A stretch of 53,392 bases of DNA, from contig DATGWS010000268.1 of assembly GCA_035299365.1 (NCBI GenBank), positions 1-53,392 of the forward strand, read 5' to 3'. A program made the position numbers and the translations under genes. Shown here one piece after another: positions 19,210-26,257 of the stretch. The notes below the pieces were generated by a model. That model did not search any database. It was given only the letters and a program-made list of their open reading frames with translations, and had not been told where the DNA came from. The stretch's first letter is position 1; each line of letters opens with the position of its first letter. The DNA is from Candidatus Didemnitutus sp. GTDB taxonomy: Bacteria; Bacteroidota; Ignavibacteria; Kapaibacteriales; Kapaibacteriaceae.

Positions 19210-20695
19210 CGCTGTTCGACTTGTCAACTTCACCCTTTAGGTACGAAGGTAGATTCAATCCGGCCATGTTGAAGAGGTCATTAAGGGGCGGTACGGTTTT
19301 CATCATACCTGATATAAAGTTCGCAGTTGAGGTGCTTCCGTTATCGCTCTGTCCGTTGGCCGAATCCCAGACAGTAATCTTATCAATCTTGATATTCTTG
19401 ACGGCTTCAACTTGGGTCTTGACAAGTTCAGGGAGCTTCTCAATGAGGAGGAGCTGGAATGCTTTGTTTGGATCGCCACCCGCAGCTGCTACAACTTCTT
19501 TGTAGCCCTCTGCCTGCTTGGTTAGGATCTCGAATAGACCCTTGGCTTCAGCTTCCATCTTTGCAAATATGGCGTCGGCTTCACCCTTAGCATTTTCTCG
19601 AATGGTCTCTGCGGCTGCCTGTGCTTCGATAATTGCGCGCTGCTTAGCGATCTCGGCGGGCACAACAATGTTTGCGATCTGCGTAGAACGCTCGCGTTCA
19701 GAACGAGCCAACTCAGCACGCTGTTCGGCAACATAAGATTCTTCAAGGGCCTTGGCCTGTTGCACTTTCTCAGATGCGAGTGCAATACGCAATGCTTCGG
19801 CCTCCTTCTCGCGTCGGTTTGCTTCAGATTGAGCAATTGCGATTTTCGCTCCATTCTCACCTTGGATGGCAAGGGCATTGGCTTCCGATGTTTTTACCCG
19901 CGTTTCCTTCTGCGCTTCGGCCTTGCCAATCGTCTCGTCCTTCAACGCGGTGGCAATGCTGATCTCTTTGTCCTTTTGGGTAATGGCAATCTTCACATCG
20001 CGATCACGATGTGTTTCTGCAATCTGTGTATCCTTCTCTCTGTCGGCTATGGCCTTTCCGGTTTCGCCTATCTTCTCTTGTTCTGCAACGCTGATCTTTG
20101 CTTCGTTAATTGCCTTGGCCGCAGCTTCTTTACCCAGGGCCTCGATGTAGCCGGATTCATCCTTGATGTCGGTTACGTTAACGTTAATCAACTTCAAACC
20201 GATCTTCTTCAGTTCACTGTCTACGTTTTTAGAGATGTTATCCAAGAACTTGTCGCGATCGGAGTTGATTTCTTCGATCGTCATTGTTGCGATCACCAAA
20301 CGCAGCTGACCGAACAAGATGTCTTTTGCCAATTCTTGAATCTGCTCAGATGTTAGACCCAAAAGTCTCTCCGCAGCAGCATTCATGCTGTCCGGTTCGG
20401 TGGAAATGGCGATCGTGAACCGACACGGTACGTCTACTCGAATATTCTGTCGACTCAATGCATTGGTAAGGTTTGCTTCGATCGACAAAGGCTTTAGATC
20501 TAGGAAGGCATAATCCTGAATGACCGGCCAAATGAAGGCACCACCCCCATGCACACATCGTGCAGAGGTTCCGCCGGTGCGACCATAGATCACCAAGATC
20601 TTGTCGGATGGGCATCGCTTGTACCGTGAAATCAATGCAGTGATCGTTACAAACAGAACGACTACTGCTACTACGATAATGATGATTGGCGTCAT
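19196..20695 (-). CDS. Flotillin-like SPFH/Band-7 protein
   Basis: An N-terminal TM helix is followed by an SPFH domain and a long Ala/Glu/Lys-rich coiled coil (EAKISVAEQEK...AEALRIALASEKV). Confidence 0.85.
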   Translation of the reverse strand: MTPIIIIVVAVVVLFVTITALISRYKRCPSDKILVIYGRTGGTSARCVHGGGAFIWPVIQDYAFLDLKPLSIEANLTNALSRQNIRVDVPCRFTIAISTEPDSMNAAAERLLGLTSEQIQELAKDILFGQLRLVIATMTIEEINSDRDKFLDNISKNVDSELKKIGLKLINVNVTDIKDESGYIEALGKEAAAKAINEAKISVAEQEKIGETGKAIADREKDTQIAETHRDRDVKIAITQKDKEISIATALKDETIGKAEAQKETRVKTSEANALAIQGENGAKIAIAQSEANRREKEAEALRIALASEKVQQAKALEESYVAEQRAELARSERERSTQIANIVVPAEIAKQRAIIEAQAAAETIRENAKGEADAIFAKMEAEAKGLFEILTKQAEGYKEVVAAAGGDPNKAFQLLLIEKLPELVKTQVEAVKNIKIDKITVWDSANGQSDNGSTSTANFISGMMKTVPPLNDLFNMAGLNLPSYLKGEVDKSNSDEPA

Positions 20696-20705
20696 GCTGG
20701 TGGTT

Positions 20706-21272
20706 TCAGATTGTTTCTACGATTAATATGTTCTTGTGTTCAATACGGACGACCTTTACGAATGAACCCGTTTGGATCGTGTCGTTCTCTGTCATGGCTT
20801 CGAGTTCGTGGAAAGCCCCCTTCACACTTATCAGGATCTTCCCTTTACCTGTTTTATTACCAGGTATGGTGAGATAGACCTCTGCGGTATTGTGAAGTGT
20901 GCTGTCAAGTCTAAAGGAATTGTCTTCTGCTAGCTTCTGTACCACGCCGATGATCATGAAGAACGCATACACGAACAATGCGCCAACTGCAACCGACAGC
21001 ACGACCAGTATCGATGTGTTGGTGACAGTTGAGTACAATGAAATGCCCGTCCAGCTAAAGCCCAGAAGGAAGTTGATCAGGTTGCGGAACGAAAAGAGTT
21101 GAAACGGTGCGTCGGCACCGCTCAGATCACCATCAAAATCGGCTTCTAGTCCGTCCGTGGCATCGGCACCGATAAAAGTCATCACTGTTTGAATGATAAA
21201 GATCAAGCTTGATGGGATAGCGATAAACCACAAGGTCCTTAACACGATGTCTAGATTGTTCAGTGCTTCCAT
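20706..21272 (-). CDS. NfeD/YqiJ-like membrane protein
   Basis: TM helices are followed by a C-terminal OB-like segment (GKGKILISVKGAFHELEAMTE...VKVVRIE). It lies directly upstream of flotillin, the classic pairing. Confidence 0.7.
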   Translation of the reverse strand: MEALNNLDIVLRTLWFIAIPSSLIFIIQTVMTFIGADATDGLEADFDGDLSGADAPFQLFSFRNLINFLLGFSWTGISLYSTVTNTSILVVLSVAVGALFVYAFFMIIGVVQKLAEDNSFRLDSTLHNTAEVYLTIPGNKTGKGKILISVKGAFHELEAMTENDTIQTGSFVKVVRIEHKNILIVETI

Positions 21273-21491
21273 AGTTTCCTCTGTGTTTACCCTCGATCAA
21301 TTGGAATATAGTGAAATGGGGTCAACGAGTTTCCATAGCCACATTGCAATTCCTGAAATGCGATAGTGACTCGTATTATTAGTTCACGATAGGCATCATC
21401 GTCCGAGCACCATCAACCCATCATTCCGATAGTTTTTCAAGTTCATGTGTATGAGACAATACACCAATCGCTGCTATAGCGCCGTTGTGAA

Positions 21492-22037
21492 ATGCGAGAG
21501 GTAAGTGTCATTGTATCTTGCATTCACGAGCAGTTATTTAGCCATGTGTCTAACAATTCATTGCCAGCCCACCTCAATACCGCCCACCCCTCCACACTCG
21601 ATGACACATTCACTCACGATGTTCATCGTATCGTGTGCTCGCGGAGCTACGACTCAGCTGTTGATGCGATCATGCGGTATGAGATCTTTCCGCCATGGGT
21701 TCTGTCCTATCAGATTGATACCAACGATGGACGTCTTTGTGAGAAGGCGATCATTACCCAGTGGTTCCATCTGCCGCTGATCAAGATCAAGGCTTTTGTG
21801 CGCGTGATTGAGGTGCGCGAAGAGGCGCACGTTACGTCTGTTACATACGTGACGACAACTGGACATCCCGAATGTGGCGTGGCCCGTTTCGAAGTCCGCC
21901 GAGTGTCGGAAGGTGTGGAGTTCACTATCGAAACGTGGTCAAAGCCGGGGAGCCCCTTATCACGGATCGGCAGGCCTTTCATGCGATGGATGCAAAAGAG
22001 ATCAACCGCCAAGGCGTTGGAGCTGTTCTGTCGGTGA
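21492..22037 (+). CDS. DUF1990-like protein (tentative)
   Basis: AIMRYEIFPPWV and VTYVTTTGHPECGVARFEV resemble the DUF1990/UPF0548 signature (..GHPE.GEE.F). Confidence 0.45.
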   Translation: MREVSVIVSCIHEQLFSHVSNNSLPAHLNTAHPSTLDDTFTHDVHRIVCSRSYDSAVDAIMRYEIFPPWVLSYQIDTNDGRLCEKAIITQWFHLPLIKIKAFVRVIEVREEAHVTSVTYVTTTGHPECGVARFEVRRVSEGVEFTIETWSKPGSPLSRIGRPFMRWMQKRSTAKALELFCR

Positions 22038-22085
22038 CACATCCTTGTATTTTAGGAACCTACCTCCTAAATAACATGGTTGTCC

Positions 22086-23204
22086 ATGCTCTCCCTCCTC
22101 ATCGCCTCCTTACTCACTCTCGCTGCCGATGGGCCAACCGCAGAGCAACAAGCGGTGAACCTGTATCGACTTCGTGTGGCCTATGGAAAGGCAACGGAGC
22201 AGACTGTGCGAGATAGTATCCGACAAGAGGTTCTTCATGCTATCCCCAATCTGCGCGTGGATCAAGAGCATGGAGCGCAACAGGTGGAATTGTGGGATGC
22301 GTGTTGTTCGATGTGGGATGTAGTTGAGGTGTTCGAGGATGCTGCACATGTTGGTGCCTCCACATTGCCAAAGCTCACGATGTATGAAGTTGACGGTATA
22401 GAATTCTACCGTTCGGATACTACATACAATCAGGCACACGACACAATGTACCTGGCATCGAATGTTTTGCCAGGACTCGGCGGAGTGGATGTGTATTACT
22501 TGCCCCTTCACTACTACGCATTCATCAAACAGTACAAGTGGTTGTCTCCCTATAACTATGGCGACGGGATCAATACCGGCGCCGATGAGTATGGACTCAC
22601 CAAGGAAGACTCTACTCTTACGTTCTTTCGTGCTACCAATGGCACTGTGCGTAAGTACCGAGCAACACCACGGACCATTGTGCGCAATGTTGAGTTGGAC
22701 CTTACATGCTCAAACACGTCCTATATCTATCTCAACATTCTGAACTGCCGGGACGTAGCGGTTGGTAGTCTTGTCTTTGACAATGCCTCTCAAAACACTC
22801 TCCCGCAAGAGACTGCTACCATGCAGTTTCGGTGCTGTAAGGATGCCCAGCCACGTACGTTTGTTCGATGCAACGTTGCCGTCAACACGCTCTCATTGCT
22901 CGATACAGATATTCGAACGCACCATTGTAGATCAAGCGGTATCACAACAGTGAAAGGGGGCGAGCAGGTCTTTGGCTTCTCTGTTTACGAAGATCCTGTA
23001 TCATCAGAGACTGCTCTACGGACGGTGATATCAGAAATGTTTGAAGGGGGCTCCGCACCCACACGTATACGTATAGAACGTGTGCCCGGACATCTCACAC
23101 AACAGATAGACGAACTCCTGAACGTGCTTGCGATGCGTAAGGTAAAGGTAGACGTGTCTTCGTCCGATAAGGCGAGAACAACCATAGCATTGAAGATGGA
23201 CTAA
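22086..23204 (+). CDS. Hypothetical secreted Cys-containing protein, no recognised family
   Basis: The ATG at 22086 gives the signal-like MLSLLIASLLTLAADG. It is a long uninterrupted ORF with ordinary composition. Confidence 0.5.
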   Translation: MLSLLIASLLTLAADGPTAEQQAVNLYRLRVAYGKATEQTVRDSIRQEVLHAIPNLRVDQEHGAQQVELWDACCSMWDVVEVFEDAAHVGASTLPKLTMYEVDGIEFYRSDTTYNQAHDTMYLASNVLPGLGGVDVYYLPLHYYAFIKQYKWLSPYNYGDGINTGADEYGLTKEDSTLTFFRATNGTVRKYRATPRTIVRNVELDLTCSNTSYIYLNILNCRDVAVGSLVFDNASQNTLPQETATMQFRCCKDAQPRTFVRCNVAVNTLSLLDTDIRTHHCRSSGITTVKGGEQVFGFSVYEDPVSSETALRTVISEMFEGGSAPTRIRIERVPGHLTQQIDELLNVLAMRKVKVDVSSSDKARTTIALKMD

Positions 23205-23246
23205 ACAACGCTCTTCATCCATTGTTCTATGCGAACAAGAATCATC

Positions 23247-23307
23247 GCATTATGGCAACTCTGATGCCATTTTGCAATGCATTATGGCAACTCTGATGCC
23301 ATTTTGC
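23247..23307. repeat. Tandem duplication (period 32 bp) of a 29-bp hairpin-plus-T-tract unit
   Basis: GCATTATGGCAACTCTGATGCCATTTTGC occurs twice (23247..23275 and 23279..23307). Each copy contains ATGGCA-ACTCTGA-TGCCAT followed by TTTTG. The site lies between convergent gene ends. Confidence 0.8.
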
Positions 23308-23320
23308 GACATACAGCCCC

Positions 23321-24181
23321 CTACAAGCCCTTTCTTTCGATCCTGACGAGGGACTCTTGCATTTGGCGGAGTTGCTCCTGCATCAGCTGGATGTCTGTGG
23401 TTTGTTCGGATTCTTCTTCCCGAACCGACTCCAACTCGGAGAGAATGGTGCCCACAAAGAAGTTCAGAATGGTGAGTCCGGCAATGAGGACAAATGAAAG
23501 GAAGAATAGCGGAGACAGGATGGGGAATCCCTCCGGACCGTTCATCTGTGTGTGCATGATTTCGGCAAAATCCCCAACTGCACACTGACACATGGCCAGG
23601 AGACTCAACCCAAGCGAACCAAAGTTCTCCGGGTCATTTGTGTGGAAGAGATTATAGCCCATCACGGCATAGGTGTAAACAATACAGCCAAGCAGGATAG
23701 CCACCACCGTGAGTTGCGGTATGGAGCGTAACAAGGTCTCGATAACAACACGCACACCCTTGAGCTCGGATGCGAGACGTAATACGCGGAGGGCTCTGAA
23801 CGAACGCGCTAGCCTGAGGGCACGTAGGGCCAGTGCGGACCCAACTGCCCCCTGATCGTCCATCACGAAATAGGGAAGTAGGGTGAGTGCAAAGATCACC
23901 GCGTCAAATATGTGCCAGGCATCCTTAAAGTAGTCCCACGGACGCGGCCAGCGAAACGCCATTTTGAGGCCGATCTCCAAGCCAAAGGCGACAACGATGA
24001 AGACATCGAGCCAGGCGAAAAGTCCGGGCAGTGCGTCCGTGATCTGCGGACTAGTCTCTAATCCAACAACTACCGTTGAGATGAGGATGAGTATGATAAC
24101 AACCGTATCAAGCAGGTTGCTCTCCTGTGCATTAACTGCCCTGCGAAGTTCCGCCAGCCAGGATCGTGAAGTCATTCGCAT
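23321..24181 (-). CDS. Voltage-gated ion channel, single-domain BacNav-like (6TM) with atypical pore
   Basis: S4 has Arg at every third position (ALRALRLARSFRALRVLRL). The pore region reads FGSLGLSLLAMCQCAVGDFAE. A C-terminal coiled coil is present. The start was taken at MRMTSRS (24181) to avoid overlapping the divergent GNAT gene. Confidence 0.75.
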   Translation of the reverse strand: MRMTSRSWLAELRRAVNAQESNLLDTVVIILILISTVVVGLETSPQITDALPGLFAWLDVFIVVAFGLEIGLKMAFRWPRPWDYFKDAWHIFDAVIFALTLLPYFVMDDQGAVGSALALRALRLARSFRALRVLRLASELKGVRVVIETLLRSIPQLTVVAILLGCIVYTYAVMGYNLFHTNDPENFGSLGLSLLAMCQCAVGDFAEIMHTQMNGPEGFPILSPLFFLSFVLIAGLTILNFFVGTILSELESVREEESEQTTDIQLMQEQLRQMQESLVRIERKGL

Positions 24182-24242
24182 CCCCCTCGTGATAGAGTGT
24201 TCAACCGAAAAATACCTTAAAACAGAGGATAGAATTGACGGG

Positions 24243-24773
24243 ATGATCTTCGTAGGTTCTACCGTCGTGATACCTCGTGTTACCATTCGCCCCTTTCACC
24301 GTGAAGATGACCTAGAACGTATCACAGAGGTCATCCACAGGGGCTATGCTGTACTGGCAATAAACGGACTTCGCTTCTGGGGAACACATCAGTCACCCGC
24401 AGACACCCTTGAACGACTCAACAAGGGGGCTGGGTTTCTTGCCATACTCGAGGGTGAAATCGTTGGCACGGTTACGATCCGTCCGCCAGACCCGGAATCA
24501 GAGGTAGAGTTCTATCGTCACGCAACCACATGGATCGTTAACCAATTCGCCGTGATACCAGAACATGCCGGAAGGGGTATTGGCAGTGCATTACACAACT
24601 ACGCACTGGAACATGCAATGCAACAAGGTGCAACACGTGTTGCATTGGACACAGCCAATGGCGCAGAACATCTCATTGCGATGTACAAGCGATGGGGGTA
24701 TGCAGTTGTTGGAACCTGTGATTGGCGACCGTTCACAAATTATGAGAGCGTTGTGATGATGCGCACGCTCTAA
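24243..24773 (+). CDS. GNAT family N-acetyltransferase
   Basis: The acetyl-CoA-binding motif is QFAVIPEHAGRGIGSAL. The internal ATG at 24243 is preferred, because the 23964 extension runs antisense through the channel gene. Confidence 0.75.
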   Translation: MIFVGSTVVIPRVTIRPFHREDDLERITEVIHRGYAVLAINGLRFWGTHQSPADTLERLNKGAGFLAILEGEIVGTVTIRPPDPESEVEFYRHATTWIVNQFAVIPEHAGRGIGSALHNYALEHAMQQGATRVALDTANGAEHLIAMYKRWGYAVVGTCDWRPFTNYESVVMMRTL

Positions 24774-24778
24774 CTCCT

Positions 24779-25207
24779 ATGAATGCAGAACTCACTCTCG
24801 CAGTGGAAACTCTCAAAGCAGCCAAGAATATTGCTGTTGTAGGTCTTTCTCGAAATCCCGGCAAGTCTGCTCACGATATACCCCTGTTCATGGCTAGTGC
24901 CGGGTACAACATCATCGGTGTTAACCCCCACGCCACACCTGCAGTAGCCACCGTTCCCGTGGTGGACACTCTACTGGATGTCCCCTTTACAATCGATATC
25001 GTTAATGTTTTCCGTCCTTCTGAAGACACAGATGCCATTATTGATCAAGCCATCACACGTAAATCACAACGTGGAGACGTGTCCTGCATCTGGCTTCAAC
25101 AAGGGATCACAAGCAAACACGGCGCTGTCAAATGTGCTGCAGCAGGCATCACGTATCTCGAGGATACGTGTATCTATGTCATTCAGCAATATGTGCATGC
25201 CCTCTAG
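24779..25207 (+). CDS. CoA-binding domain protein (YccU-like)
   Basis: It has a Rossmann-type IAVVGLSRNPGKSAHDI motif and the typical length of about 140 aa. Confidence 0.75.
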   Translation: MNAELTLAVETLKAAKNIAVVGLSRNPGKSAHDIPLFMASAGYNIIGVNPHATPAVATVPVVDTLLDVPFTIDIVNVFRPSEDTDAIIDQAITRKSQRGDVSCIWLQQGITSKHGAVKCAAAGITYLEDTCIYVIQQYVHAL

Positions 25208-25209
25208 GT

Positions 25210-25228
25210 CCCATGACATCGTCATGGG
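25210..25228. other. Hairpin CCCATGAC-ATC-GTCATGGG (module hairpin, copy 1)
   Basis: Perfect 8-bp stem with a 3-nt loop. It starts 2 nt after the CoA-binding gene stop and ends 9 nt before the heptamer array. Confidence 0.8.
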
Positions 25229-25237
25229 CCACCAACT

Positions 25238-25342
25238 CTATTCGCTATTCGCTGTTCGCTGTTCTCTGTTCTCTGTTCTCTGTTCGCTATTCGCTGTTCT
25301 CTGTTCGCTGTTCGCTGTTCTCTATTCGCTGTTCTCTATTCA
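25238..25342. repeat. Heptanucleotide tandem array, 15 x CTRTTCK
   Basis: A hand parse gives 15 phased units: CTATTCG x2, CTGTTCG, CTGTTCT x3, CTGTTCG, CTATTCG, CTGTTCT, CTGTTCG x2, CTGTTCT, CTATTCG, CTGTTCT, CTATTCA. Apart from the final CTATTCA, only positions 3 and 7 vary. Confidence 0.95.
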
Positions 25343-25356
25343 TGACTTTCGTCATG
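25341..25356. other. Hairpin CATGAC-TTTC-GTCATG closing the array
   Basis: 6-bp stem with the same CATGAC/GTCATG arms as the hairpin at 25210. Confidence 0.7.
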
Positions 25357-25408
25357 GTATGCCCCCTCCCAACTCCCTAGATTCCCTTTGTCATCTAGGA
25401 GACCCCTC

Positions 25409-26176
25409 ATGAAACGCATTTTCACTACCGCTTTCGTATCACTTGCCGCGTCCGTATTGATCGGCTCATGTGGGCTGACAGATTCAGACCCCGCAGATCC
25501 CAATGATCCGGTAGGGGGCACTACAGAACTCGAGGACACAGAGCCCGGGGCACGGCACTCAGCCTATCCGGAATTGGGAGACTGGTTGCCGGATGAAATG
25601 ACGCCTCGAGATAGCATCATCATCAAGTCGAGGAATAACGGCGTAGTGGTGGTGGATTTTAATGTGACCTTTGACACAGCATTCACCCTCCGACTCGACA
25701 CGCTCCTGGGAACAACCATTCTACCCGTAGATGCCAAAAAGTCCCTGATCGATACCTACCTAGCTCAGTATGGGGCTACCCTGGATACCACCAACAAAGA
25801 CCGCATGATCATTCATGCAGAACCCAAGTTCCGCGTATCCTCAGAAGGCATCCAAGACTTTGTAGCATCCAAGGGCGATGAGTCCAAGCCTTTCACTATC
25901 ATCAAATACAACATGAACGTGGGAGACAGCTGGTCATTCACGCGCTCCGATGGCGTGAAAATCACTCGCAAGGTTGTGTATCACTCAACAGATGATGACT
26001 ACGAAGTGATCTTCTGGAGACTCAAGGTCTTCAAAACCGAACAAGTTCAAGAGAACGACCCGCTGCTCTCAAAGATCATCTGGGTTACCAACCATAAATA
26101 TGGCCTCGTTGGCGTTCACATCTTCGATAAAGCTGGCAAGGAGATCCCGATAACGATCGCTCCCCCATCGCTTTAA
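25409..26176 (+). CDS. Hypothetical lipoprotein
   Basis: The ATG at 25409 gives MKRIFTTAFVSLAASVLIGSCG with a lipobox. AGGAG lies 8 nt upstream. Confidence 0.6.
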   Translation: MKRIFTTAFVSLAASVLIGSCGLTDSDPADPNDPVGGTTELEDTEPGARHSAYPELGDWLPDEMTPRDSIIIKSRNNGVVVVDFNVTFDTAFTLRLDTLLGTTILPVDAKKSLIDTYLAQYGATLDTTNKDRMIIHAEPKFRVSSEGIQDFVASKGDESKPFTIIKYNMNVGDSWSFTRSDGVKITRKVVYHSTDDDYEVIFWRLKVFKTEQVQENDPLLSKIIWVTNHKYGLVGVHIFDKAGKEIPITIAPPSL

Positions 26177-26180
26177 ATGT

Positions 26181-26199
26181 CCCACAACTTCGTTGTGGG
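26181..26199. other. Hairpin CCCACAAC-TTC-GTTGTGGG (module hairpin, copy 2)
   Basis: Perfect 8-bp stem with a 3-nt loop, 4 nt after the lipoprotein stop. It has the same architecture (CCCAYRAC-N3-GTYRTGGG) as the hairpin at 25210. Confidence 0.8.
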
Positions 26200-26201
26200 C
26201 T

Positions 26202-26257
26202 CTGTTCTCTGTTCGCTATTCGCTATTCGCTATTCGCTATTCGCTGTTCGCTGTTCA
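26202..26257. repeat. Heptanucleotide tandem array, 8 x CTRTTCK
   Basis: The units are CTGTTCT, CTGTTCG, CTATTCG x4, CTGTTCG and CTGTTCA. The last unit contains the stop codon (26255..26257) of the convergent minus-strand gene. Confidence 0.95.

Noticed and set aside
18913-19272. Plus-strand 119-aa Cys-rich ORF downstream of tRNA-Phe
   Set aside because: It starts inside the terminator hairpin and overlaps the flotillin 3' end antisense. It has low-complexity Cys/Val content. The minus-strand small ORF fits the operon geometry better, though it is itself uncertain.
19518-20356. Several ORFs antisense to, or out of frame with, flotillin (19518..19736, 19522..19878, 19760..20356, 19866..20150)
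   Set aside because: They are shadow ORFs typical of an Ala/Glu/Lys-rich coiled-coil coding region, and none carries a motif.
23964-24242. N-terminal extension of the GNAT ORF, and the extension of the channel ORF to 24286
   Set aside because: Each extension runs antisense through the other gene. The internal ATGs (24243 and 24181) give normal-length proteins and a 61-bp divergent intergenic region.
24978-25412. ORF-track proteins running through the heptamer arrays (24978..25412, 25132..25380, 26177..26416, 26193..26378)
   Set aside because: Their sequences are periodic translations of a 7-bp repeat (LFAVRCSLFSV...). They have no start context and overlap better-supported genes, so they are artefacts.
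25238-26257. Could the repeat arrays be CRISPR arrays or a DGR template/variable-repeat pair?
   Set aside because: The units are 7 bp and directly abutting with no spacers, and no cas or reverse-transcriptase gene lies nearby. Variation is not adenine-specific: it is A/G at one site and G/T at another.
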